Shown one piece after another: positions 33,808 to 45,300 of a stretch of DNA of 64,000 nt. The position numbers and the translations under genes were made by a program. The stretch is from Chrysemys picta bellii (taxonomy: Eukaryota): positions 744,001 to 808,000 of the forward strand of contig NC_088802.1 in the NCBI RefSeq assembly GCF_011386835.1, given 5' to 3'. How positions within the stretch are numbered: position 1 is the first letter of the stretch; every line of letters starts with the position of its first letter. A model generated the notes under the pieces. That model was given only the letters and a program-made list of their open reading frames with translations. It ran no database searches and was not told the DNA's origin.

Positions 33808-36740
33808 GACATCTGCTGGGAGAGCAATACAGCAGGGCACAGACAATCCAGAAAGTTTATGGAAAGTGTAGGGGACAATTTCCTGGTGCAAGTGCTGGAG
33901 GAACCAACTAGGGGCAGAGCTTTTCTTGACCTGCTGCTCACAAACAGGGAAGAATTAGTAGGGGAAGCAAAAGTGGATGGGAACCTGGGAGGCAGTGACC
34001 ATGAGATGGTCGAGTTCAGGATCCTGACACAAGGAAGAAAGGAGAGCAGCAGAATACGGACCCTGGACTTCAGAAAAGCAGACTTTGATTCCCTCAGGGA
34101 ACAGATGGGCAGGATCCCCTGGGAGAATAACATGAAGGGCAAAGGGGTCCAGGAGAGCTGGCTGTATTTTAAAGAATCCTTATTGAGGTTGCAGGAGCAA
34201 ACCATCCCGATGTGCAGAAAGAATAGTAAATATGGCAGGCGACCAGCTTGGCTAAACAGAGAAATCTTTGGTGATCTTAAACACAAAAAGGAAGCTTACA
34301 AGAAGTGGAAACTTGGACAGATGACCAGGGAGGAGTATAAAAATATTGCTAGAGTATGCAGGGGTGTAATCAGGAAGGCCAAGGCACAATTGGACTTGCA
34401 GCCAGCAAGGGATGTGAAGGGTAACAAGAACGTTTCTGTAGGTATGTTAGCAACAAGAAGAAGGTCAAGGAAAGTGTGGGCCCCTTACTGAATGAGGGAG
34501 GCAACCTAGTGACAGACGATGTGGAAAAAGCTGAAGTACTCAATGCCTTTTTTGCCTCGGTCTTCACAGACAAGGTCAGTTCCCAGACAGCTGCAGTGGG
34601 CAACACAGTATGGGGAGGATGTGAGCAGCCCTCAGTGGTGAAAGAACAGGTTAAGGACTATTTAGAAAAACTGGACATGCACAAGGCCATGGGGCCGGAT
34701 CTAATGCATCCAAGGGCGCTGAGGGACTTGGCTGATGTGATTGCAGAGCCATTGGCCATTATCTTTTAAAACTCGTGACAATCGGGGGAGGTCCCGGATG
34801 ATTGGAAAAGGGCAAATCTAGTGCCCATCTTTTAAAAAGGGAAGAAGGAGGACCCGGGGAACTACAGACTGGACAGCCTCACCTCAGTCCCTGGAAAAAT
34901 CATGGAGCAGGTACTCAAGGAATCAATTTTGAAGCACTTGGAGGAGAGGAAGGTGATCAGAAACAGTCAACATGTTGGGGGGGGGGTCAGGGTCCTGCAC
35001 CCCCGTCTTCCTGTGATTCACCAGGACTCTCAGCCAGCCAGTAACACAGAAGGTTTATTAGACGACAGGAACACAGTCCCAAGCAGGGCTTGTAGGTACA
35101 ACCAGGGCCCCTCAGTCAGGTCCCTCTGGGGGGCAGGGAGCTTAGACCCCAACCCTGGGGGTTCCCTCCGTTTCCCCAGGCAGCTTCAAACTGAAACTCC
35201 ACTGCAGCTTTCTCCTTCCAGCCTGCCCCTGGCTCTTCCTCCAGCCTTTGTCCAGTTTTCACCTGGCTCCACCCCCCTCCGGGCTCAGGTTACAGGCTCA
35301 GGTATGGTCCCTCAAGTAAAGTCACCCCCTGCTCTCCCATTCCCAATGCAGACAGTCCCAGTAAAACTAGACGACATTCCCAGGCTAATCCGCTCCGCTC
35401 CCTGCTGCGTCACACAGCCTCACCTCAGTCCCTGGAAAAATCATGGAGCAGGTCCTCAAGGAATCAATTCTGAAGCACTTAGAGGAGAGGAAAGTGATCA
35501 GGAACAGTCAGCATGGATTCACCAAGGGCAAGTCATGCTTGACCAACCTGATTGCCTTCTGTGAGGAGATAACTGGGTCTGTGGATATGGGGAAAGCAGT
35601 GGACGTGATATATCTTGACTTTACGGTCTCTCACAGTATTCTTGCTGGCAAGTTAAAGAAGTATGGGCTGGATGAATGGACTGTAAGGTGGATAGAAAGC
35701 TGGCTAGATCGTCGGGCTCAACGGGTAGTGATCAATGGCTCCATGTCTAGTTGGCAGCCGGTATCAAGTGGAGTGTCCCAAGGGTCGGTCCTGGGGCTGG
35801 TTTTGTTCAATATCTTCATTAATGATCTGGAGGATGGCGTGGATTGCACCCTCAGCAAGTTTGCGGCTGACACTAAACTGGGAGGTGTGGTAGATACGCT
35901 GGAGGGTAGGGATCGGATACAGAGGGACGGAGACAAATTAGAGGATTGGGCCAAAAGAAACCTGATGAGGTTCAACAAGGACAAGTGCAGCGTCCTGCAC
36001 TTAGGACGGAAGAATCCCATTCACTGTTACAGACTAGGGACCGAATGGCTAGGCAGCAGTTCTGCAGAAAAGGACCTAGGGGTCACAGTGGATGAGAAGC
36101 TGGATATGAGTCAACAGTGTGCTCTTGTTGCCAAGAAGGCTAACGGCATATTGGGCTGCATTAGTAGGAGTGTTGCCAGCAAATCAAGGGAAGTGATTAT
36201 TCCCCTCTATTCGGCACTGGTGAGGCCTCATCTGGAGTATTGCGTCCAGTTTTGGGGGCCCCCAATACAGAAGGGATAGGGACAAATTGGAGAGAGTCCA
36301 GGGGAGGGCAACGGAAATGATTAGGGGTCTGGAGCACATGACTTATGAGGAGAGGCTGAGGGAACTGGGATTGTTTAGTCTGCAGAAGAGAAGAATGAGG
36401 GGGGATTTGATAGCTGCTTTCAACTACCTGAAGGGGGGGTTCCAAAGAGGATGGAGCTCGGCTGTTCTCAGTGGTGGCAGATGACAGAACAAGGAGCAAT
36501 GGTCTCAAGTTGCAGTGGGGGAGGTCCAGGTTGGATATTAGGAAACACTATTTCACTAGGAGGGTGGCGAAGCACTGGAATGGGTTCCCTAGGGAGGTGG
36601 TGGAATCTCCATCTGTAGAGGTTTTTAAGGCCCGGCTTGACGAAGCCCTGGCTGGGATGATTTAGTTGGGGATTGGCCCTGCTTTGAGCAGGGGGTTGGA
36701 CTAGATGACCTCCTGAGGTCTCTTCCAACCGTTCTATGAT
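33808..36740 (+). mobile_element. CR1 LINE, 5'-truncated ORF2 (endonuclease end plus RT) through the 3' tail, with stops and frameshifts and an LTR insertion
   Basis: GDNFLVQVLEEPTRGRAFLDLLLTN..., [44 protein letters not shown]; ends TTCTATGAT. Confidence 0.95.
34973..35414 (-). mobile_element. LTR fragment (same family as 10710-11159 and 56455-57155) within CR1
   Basis: Shared core GACTCTCAGCCAGCCAGTAA...GGTTTATT...GACGACAGGAACAC; ends CGTCACA. Confidence 0.8.
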
Positions 36741-36742
36741 AT

Positions 36743-36835
36743 GCCTCCGAAGAAGTGGGCTGTAGTCCACGAAAGCTTATGCTCTAATAAATTTGTTAGT
36801 CTCTAAGGTGCCACAAGTACTCCTGTTCTTCTTTT
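36743..36835 (+). mobile_element. Penelope-type terminal repeat with a hammerhead-like core, abutting the CR1 3' end
   Basis: GCCT-CCGAAGA-A-GTGGG(CTGTAG)TCCAC-GAA-AGCT-T-ATGC then TAATAAATTTGTTAGTCTCTAAGGTGCCAC. Confidence 0.7.
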
Positions 36836-36837
36836 TA

Positions 36838-37752
36838 TGATATCACTGTATTCATCTCTCTTTGAAATGTACAGCAAATCATCTGCAAATGTTTGAGAAA
36901 CTGGCAATTGCTGTATATTAATCTGTGTAGCTAATTACCGGTGATGCTTAGGAAATAGGTCTACTTCAAAGTCTCCATGATGGCCTATTGTTCACTTAAG
37001 GACTCCAAGCTGTCAAGAGAAGGCCTGGAACTGTATAAAAAAACCTTGAGTCCTGATCCTTTTTATTTCAGTCCTGCTTGATGTTTGATGCAGGGGAAGC
37101 TTAAGTCGTAAGGCTGAGATCTCCAGTCCCATCGATCACCCTGAGTATGAACATTGGACTGTCACGTATGGACTGATTCTGAAAGAACTCTTTGCAACTG
37201 CAAAGCTCCCCATCTCTACCATGAATCTGATCTCAGAACTGTACTCATGTATGCATGTATACTGATCTTTTAACCAATATTCTCTTTTCTTTTTAAATAA
37301 ATGTTAGTTTAGTTCATAAGAATTGGCTGTCGTGTGTATTTGGGTAAGATCTGGAATATTCATTAAACCGGGAGGTAATTTGTCTGATTCTTGGGGGATC
37401 GGTAGAACTTTCTTATATGATTTTCAGTAATCGTCAGCATATGTGACTTGCCTGGCTGGGTGGGAGCCCAAGGCCGGGTTGCTTTAAGGGAACTCTGTTG
37501 TGCTGGCTTGGTGAATCCAAGTGTTGGAATATCCACCAGCTTTGGGGATTGTCTGCCCCATTCTTTGCAGTTCACCCTCATTGAGTAACTGCAGTGTGGC
37601 CCCCTGGGAGCCTGGTCTAGGGTGACCAGATGTCCCAATTTTATAGGGACAGTCCCGATTTTGGGGTCTTTTTCTTATATAGGCTCCTATTACCCCCTAC
37701 CGCCAGTCCCTATTTTTCATACTTGCTGTCTGGTCACCCTAGCCCGGTCACA
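36838..37752 (+). mobile_element. LTR-like element with a nested hAT MITE
   Basis: Organisation similar to 18613-19763 (TATA CTGTATAAAA, TTAAATAAA, end GGTCACA); boundaries approximate. Confidence 0.5.
37618..37741. mobile_element. hAT (Blackjack-like) MITE
   Basis: TIRs TAGGGTGACCAGA / TCTGGTCACCCTA; TSD GCCTGGTC / GCCCGGTC. Confidence 0.8.
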
Positions 37753-39808
37753 CATGTACATCGCAGTACTGGGGTTTAGATATAGGAACTCTAGCTCGTG
37801 ACTGCGTAGGTTCCGGGCCTGTGCAGTGTGACTATACAATGCACAATCCTGCACTGAAATAATGCAATGCAGTTTGATGTCAAGTGAAATAAAACCATAT
37901 GATAGTCACTAATACAATGCACTATAAAAATGGAAAAATATACCTAAGAAATCATTCTAGGCAATACAAGAGAAAATGCAATGCGATGCACGACAGCATA
38001 TTACAGCATAAAACAGGGCAGCACTCGGTGAAATATTATCGCCAATTATGCTAAGTAAAAGAGTGGTGGGCAATGCAATATGAAATCACATATTGCAAAA
38101 TACATGCAGGTCCCTCTCCGAGAAGACAGACCAGTGCTGTAAAGCACTGAACGCTCACTCCATACTGCCTCTAGGGCATGAGAGGATCAAGCCTAAAATT
38201 GAGCAGAAAGGAATTTAAAAGCAAATAGATATTGGGATCTAGCTGCTGCCGAAACTGACTTCAGGCCCTGGGGCAGTTTGCAAGATTTTAGTCTTAGTGC
38301 CGTCTTCTGCAGAGTTTAAGATTTGATTTAAAAAAATAGATTTCTATTTAATTTTGCAGCAAAGATGGAGTGAACTCTGTCACTTCTTACCCTGTCAGCC
38401 AGACAGTGTTGCAGGAAATAAATAATGGCTTCAGCAAAACCCCATTCAGCTCAATGAGGTGTTAATTCAGCCCAGCTGTGAATCTTCCAGGGCTCAGATC
38501 TGCGCTGTGCAAACCGTTCACACAGTTAAAATCACAGCTGAAATTAAAGGTAAAAAGGTTCCACTGGCATTATTAACTTGCAGTTTAACTCAGTGGTGTG
38601 AAGTAGTTTGGAAAGGTTAGTCCAGAGACACATCCCAACCATTTGAACAATGACCCCAGGGACAGGACCTGAAGGTTGTGATTTGCATGCAATTAACTCA
38701 GGAGGAATGATGGTAAAAAGTGACATTAACTCCTCTGCAAGGGTCAGGGATAAATAGTTCCAGCATCTCCTCAACCCCCCTGGTCACATCCTGGGATGCA
38801 ATCCAGATCATTGGGGGGCAAGTGGTGGCACCTATCAAAGTCAGATTCAGGACTCACAATTTGTCAAACCACTCTGTTTATTAGCAAAGCGCTCTGCTAA
38901 TTCACCCAGATAATGTGAGCACCAGGCAAGACTCAAACCATCTTATTTATACAGATAAAAGGGCACGAACTTAACAAGATAACAAAAGGAAGCAGAATTG
39001 ATACGTTTACCTGGGGCTAGACCTACATATCTTATTTCCTTACTAACTCTTATTGATCTCCTGTTAATGTCCCACCATTAGCTTAAGTGGACCCATTGTT
39101 TCATACCTTAATGTTTCTCTTCCTGACCACTATATTTCAACATTCCTTATTCCTGCTTAAAGGAACATACAGCATTTCTTTAATCCATTCTATTTTTACA
39201 ATATAATTCATTCTACTTTCACACACCCCTGCATTCAAAGCTCAGTGAGGCCAGGACCAGAAGGGACCACTGTGACCATCCAGGCTAGCAGCACCCAGGC
39301 CACAGAGGTACCCCGAATTAACCCCGGTTTGAGCTAGAAAAACCGCCCCGCTTGATGTAAAAATTGCCCCTGACGGAGAACCCATCGGGAGCCAGAACCG
39401 CAGAAATCATGCAATGTAAAGAAAGTAATAACGGCTGGGTTCTTTCTACTCGCCTCCTATTCTTGTTTGGTTTTTTGAGCCGTTTGGGATCATCACTTCA
39501 AGATTTTCTCCACAACCGTTAGGGTTAACAACTTACTTTTTAAAAGACGAGCACCGAGGTTCTTACGCAATCTCACGACCCCAGGAGCTGAGACGTCACT
39601 TACCTGCCGCAAGAGAGCTGGCCACACAGCCTCTGTTCCACGAGACAAGTTGCAAATGTTTTGTATCCCACATGAAGTTTGATTAATAGATAAAGGCCAG
39701 AAGGGTCCCCTGTAGTCTGACCCCCTCTACATCACAGGCAGAGGATCTCAGCCACTCAGTCCAGCATCAAGCCCACGGCACTGAGAGCTCCAGCTTGTCC
39801 TTTAGAAA

Positions 39809-39941
39809 TAGGGTGACCAGATGTCCCGATTTTATAGGGACAGTCCCGATATTCAGGGTTTTTTCTTATATAGGTGCCTATTACCCCCACACACACACGC
39901 ACTCTGTCCCGATTTTTCATACTTGCTGTCTGGGCACCCTA
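39809..39941. mobile_element. hAT (Blackjack-like) MITE, second copy
   Basis: TIRs TAGGGTGACCAGA / TCTGGGCACCCTA; exact 8-bp TSD TTTAGAAA. Confidence 0.85.
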
Positions 39942-40809
39942 TTTAGAAAGAACTGTAATCTTGATGTAAAGACTCCAGGTGATGGAGAATCCACCAGAGC
40001 CCAGGTTAGTTCCCTGCACTGTTTAAAGAATTGCCCCTCGCTTCTACTCTGAACGTATCTAGCTTCAACTCCCTTGGATTTCATTGTGCCAGGCCCACTG
40101 GGTGCCCTGACTAGCATTGGTAAAGGCAGGTTAATTGGCAGGCAATTAACTTCAGTTCATAAAGCCTCCAGTGCAGACCTGCCCAATGAAAGGTGAATTC
40201 TGTAACCTATTCAGCTGAAAGCCTTGAGTCTCTCAGCGCCCGGAAGAGTCATTCAAAACAGGCCATTCTATGAAGTAAATTAAATAGAGGCACTGTAACT
40301 CCATTGATGAAGCATAAAGGTCATGGCTTGAAATGAAGACACTCGGCAGAAGGAACCCAGAGTGGCTCCAGAGGAAATACTTCTAACGGGATGCAGATGC
40401 AGGGGCTGGAGAGCAAAGCAGAATTAGCATTGTATTTATCATGTCACTAATTTTTCTAGCTATGGAACCGTGGAATTCCTGCGCTGGATCAGATCAACGG
40501 GCCCATCTACCCCGGCATCCCGTCTCTGAGAGCGGCCAGCACCAGCTACTCCAGAGACGGGGCAAAAGCCCTACACGGATGGTCTGACCTGCCCTCAGGG
40601 GATGAGTCCCCACGCCCCAGCCATATCAGATTGGGGCTGAGAGTTTACATCCCCAATCAATTGATGTTTGATCCTGTCTAGTGTCACTCTGGATTGTCGC
40701 ACTGTCCATAGAAATCTCCCACCCTTTGGGGGTCCCGCTGAGCTCTTGGCCCCAGTGAGGTCTTGTGGTCATGAGTTCCACAGTCTAACTATAGGAGAGA
40801 CAGTGTTCC

Positions 40810-40975
40810 CTAGTGGCTAGAGCACTGGAGTGGGACTCAGGAAACCTGGCTTCTATATCTGGCTCTGCTGGGTGACATTAGCCAGTCAGACCCCGCTCTG
40901 TGCCTCAGTTTCCCCCTCCGTATGAGGGGAATAATGATCCTTGTACAATGCGTTGAGAGCTGCTGATGAGACGAG
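40810..40975 (+). mobile_element. CORE-SINE (MIR-like) remnant
   Basis: tRNA-like head GTGGCTAGAGCACTGG...TCAGGAAACCTGG and the CORE motif CTCTGTGCCTCAGTTTCCCC. Confidence 0.55.
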
Positions 40976-42211
40976 CTAGCCAGTATTGTTTTCAAGTCCC
41001 CTCTTATTCGCCTCCTATTATTAATTATTCTCTCCCTCGCTGGGGTGCCGACAGGCTGCAGTCCTGGCTCCGGGCTGTGCAGTGGGACAGACAGACGGAT
41101 GGGGGGAGGGGGCACAAGGATGCAGTGAGGCTTTGCGTTGGGGGCACCCCACTGGCCAGGCGCCCACTGGCCCAGCCCCGACAAAGGTCTAACAAGCTCC
41201 TATGGCTGGAAGTTGAAGCTGGACAAATTCTGACTGGAAATAAGTTGCGAATTTCTGCCCCAGTGGAACTAAGACCGGGACAAGATGCCCAGGGCAGCGG
41301 TGGGTTCTCCGTCCCTGGCACCCCCTCGAGCGCCCCCATATCCCCTAGTGGTCAACTCGTTCTATGCAGAGTTGCCACTTTAGTCATTTTCCAACTAGAT
41401 CCGTTTTTCCCCCAAATGTTCTAGTTTGAAAACCGTTCCGTTTAGGCTGGTTGGAAATTTGAATTGAAACGGAAACCCGAACAGTCCCGTTCAAAGCACA
41501 TGGGCGTCCCTGAAAACACACACCAGGTTTGAAAGGAGGAATGACGACTCGTCTCCTCACGTCGCTGTGTTTGTGCTGGCAATGCCAGCGGCCGGCGCCC
41601 GGCGCGTTCCTTTCGGCCACATTGGCTGATCTGATCAGGTCACATTCTGCTTTATAAACAACAATAAATCATCCTCAGCCCCAAGGCTGCTGTTTATTGG
41701 TGTCTTATCCTGTCTAGAACGTGGGGCCGAGACTTAGCGCCGAATGGCCTTCCTGGTGAAACCGTACAGTGCACCTTCGCCCCCACGGCCTCGCCCTTCA
41801 CCCCCTGGAAATTCCAACACCCTCTCCCCTCCGCGTTCAATTCCTGGGGGAAACACTGGCATTGCCAACCACGTCTGCAGACCCTGGCTCTGCACGGCCC
41901 TGGGCTTTGTTTTGCTGTGTGGACAACCCAAAGAGATCAGCTCTGGTTCAGCCAGGGATGAATCCGGAGCAGGGCCCTGGCCTGTGTAGACAGGAGTGAA
42001 TCCGGAGCAGGGGCTATCTGGGGTGAATCTGGAGCAGGGCTCTGGCCTGTGCTGTACAGGGGTGAATCCGGAGCAGGGCTCTGGCCTGTCTAGACAGGAG
42101 TCAGACCAGATGCTCACCATGGTCCTTCCTGGCCTCGGACCCTCCCACGTGCCCCCAGCCCGGCCTCCCGGCCGCCCATCTGCGCTCCCCGGCCCTCCTT
42201 TGCGGAAGTCT

Positions 42212-42286
42212 CCCCGGTAACAGGTGACAAGCGGTGGCGGGGCCCAGCCATTGGCCAGGAGGCGGCGGGGCGCGCGCGGATTGGCC
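42212..42286 (+). promoter_or_regulatory. DMA class II promoter: X1/X2 box plus two Y boxes
   Basis: CCCGGTAACAGG-TGACA (42213-42229), CCATTGG (42248-42254), second GATTGGCC (42279-42286); ATG at 42346. Confidence 0.75.
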
Positions 42287-42345
42287 GGCAGCCGGCCGGG
42301 GATGCCCCGGGAGCCCGGGCCGGGAGCAGAGGCAGCCCGGCGGGG

Positions 42346-45300
42346 ATGGAGGCGCCCGGTTGCTGGGCGCTGCTGCTGGCCCTGGGCCTGCTGCGGGGGG
42401 CGGCGGCCACCGCCGCGACAGAGGGTAGGAGCTGCCCACGGGCGTTACTGGCGGGGGGACCATTGCACGGCCTGTGTGTGTGTGTGTGTGTTCTGTGCAC
42501 AAGGGGATTGTGTGTGTGTGCACAAGGGGATTGTGTGTGTGTGTGTGTGCACACGGGGGTTGTGTGTGTACACAAGGGGATTGTGTATGTGCACACGGGG
42601 ATTGTATGGTTGGGTGTGCATGCTCGGGGATTGTATGTGTGGTTGTGTGTGTGCACACGGGGGTTGTGTGGCCATGGTCCGGGATTGTGTATGTGGTTGT
42701 GTGTGTTTACGAGGGGATTGTGTGCACATAAAAATTGTGTGTCTGAGTAGAAGGAGACTGTGTGTATGTACAGGGGGACTGTGTCTGAGAATGATTGTGT
42801 GTGCACATGGGGACAGTGTGTGGGATTGTGTGTGTACAGGTGCATCTCGGGGGAGTGTTTGTTTTTGTAGGGGGGTGAATGTGTGTCGGGGTTGTGTAAG
42901 TGTGTGTGGAATTGGGCGTGCATGGAGATTGTGTGTAAACAGGGTGTGCTATACTGTGTGTGCGTGAGAGCAAGCACTTCCCAGGGGTTAGCCAGGCACT
43001 GCCTGAGTGTGTGTGGGGAGGAAGTTATCCCGGCTCTGTCAGTGTGTGTCCGTGTCGGATGTTGTGTTCATGGGTATTGCTGGGTGTGTATGGGTTTGCA
43101 GGGTGTGTAACCGTGTAAATGGGAGGGTGGCGTGGCAGCAGATTTTGTGTGTGTGTGTGATTGTGCACACAGGGGAGTGCAGAGTGTGGGGAGGGATTGT
43201 GTGTGATTGTGTAGGTGTGCAGTTGGGGGGCTTGTGGTGTGTTTTGTCACTATGTGCACATGCAGACTGTGTGTGTATATAGGGTATTTAATGCATGTGT
43301 GTGGCTGTGTGTACAGGGTGTGTAGTGTGGGTGAGTGTGGGTGTATGGGAAAAGTGTGCTTATACATGGGTTGTAATGTGTATTTGTGTGTGAGGGATAG
43401 CAGCATTGTGTGGTGGGGGGCTGTGTGTGTGCCTGGGGACTGTCGTATGAGGGTGAGTGTGTGTGGGTGAATGGACTGTGTATGCAAAGGAATGTGTGTG
43501 TTTAGGGACTGTCGTGATTCTGTGGGTGTGTGACTATGTGTGCTTGCATGTAAATGACAGTCGTGTGTGTGAACATGTGTGCATGAGGACTGTGTGTATA
43601 GGGTGGGTGTGCCTGTGTGCATGAGGAGTGTGTGAACTTGTGTGTGCACAGAAAACGGGGGCCACTGTGTGCGCAGTGTGTGTGAATTGTGTGTGTGACA
43701 GTGTGTGTACGGGGGATGATGAGTGTGTAGTGTGTGGGGTTGTTTGTGTAGGGTTGTGTATACACAGCGTGTGTGTGTGTGCACACAGAGCGTGCATGCC
43801 CCGTTGCTGACCCCGGTCGGTGTGTCTCTCCCGCAGCGCCCACGGCCCATGTCCTGTCCCGCGTGATGTTCTGCCAGTCCGACCGCCCCTCGCTGGGCCT
43901 GGCCGACACCTTCGACGGGGACCAGCTGTTCTCGTTCGACTTCCCGGGGGGGCACTGGGAGCCCCGGCTGCCCGACTTCCAGCCCTGGCTGAGCACCCAG
44001 GAGAGCAAGGAGCAGATCATCAACGACTCCAGTCTGTGCCGGCAACTGCTCTCGGTGCTCACCAACATCACCACGGGCGTGCTGCCTGAGGCCAGAGGTA
44101 CCCGGCCCCCGGTCTCCCCCAGCGCCCTCGTCCCCGCCCCACGGCACCCGCAGTGCCCAGTGATCACTGATACTGCTCTGCCCCTGCCCGAGGCCAGAGG
44201 TACCCGGCCCCCGGTGCCCGTGTCTCCCCCAGCGCCCGCAGCCCCTCCCCATGGCACCCCCAGCGCCCAGTGATCACTGATACTGCCCTGCCCCTGCCCG
44301 AGGCCAGAGGTACCCGGCCCCCGGTCTCCCCCAGCGCCCTCGTCCCCGCCCCACGGCACCCCCAGTGCCCAGTGATCACTGATACTGCTCTGCCCCTGCC
44401 CGAGGCCAGAGGTACCCGGCCCCCGGTGCCCGTGTCTCCCCCAGCGCCCGCGGCCCCTCCCCACGGCACCCCCAGCGCCCAGTGATCACTGATACTGCCC
44501 TGCCCCTGCCCGAGGCCAGAGGTACCAGGCCCCTGGTCTCCCCCAGCGCCCAACAATCACTGATATTGCCCAAGGCCAGAGGTACCCGGCCCCCGGTGCC
44601 CGTGTCTCCCCCCAGTGCCCACAGGCCCTCCCCATGGCACCCACAGTGCCCAGCGATCACTGATACTGCTATGCCCCTGCCCGAGGCCAGAGGTATCTGG
44701 CCCCTGGTGCCCGTGTCTCCCCCAGCGCCCGCGGCACCTCCCCACGGCACCCCTAGCGCCCAGTGATCACTGATACTGCCCTGCCCCTGCCCAAGGCCCC
44801 CGTGTCTCCCCCAGCACCCGCGCCCCCCCCCCCATGTCACCCCCAGCGCCCAGCGATCACTGATACTGCCTTGTCCCTGCCCGAGGCCAGAGGTATCTGG
44901 CCCCTGGTGCCCATGTCTCCCCAGCGCCCGCGTCTCCTCCCCATGGCACTCCCAGCGCCCAGCGATCACTGATACTGCCCTGTCCCTGCCCGAGGCCAGA
45001 GGTATCTGGCCCCTGGTGCCCATGTCTCCCCCAGCGCCCGCGTCCCCTCCCCTTGGCACTCCCAGCGCCCAGCGATCACTGATACTGCCCTGCCCCTGCA
45101 TGAGGCCAGAGGTACCAGGCCCCTGGTCTCCCCCAGCGCCCGCGGCCGCTCCCCACAGCCCCCCCAAGGGATCACTGATACTGCCCTGCCCCTGCCCAAA
45201 GATACCCGGCCCCCAGTGCCTGTGTCTCCTCCAGTGCCCGCGGCCCCCCCTTACCATCTCCCCTCTCCCCGCAGGCACCCCCATGGCCAACGTGTTCACA

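Noticed and set aside
41466-41630. ISRE-like GAAACGGAAAC and a weak distal X/Y-like set upstream of DMA
   Set aside because: The ISRE lies in A/T-run-rich, probably repeat-derived sequence, and the X-like site is a poor match; not enough support.
42114-43810. Cys/Val-rich and His/Thr-rich ORFs resembling metallothionein or keratin-associated proteins
   Set aside because: Simple translations of (TG)n/(CA)n in DMA intron 1.
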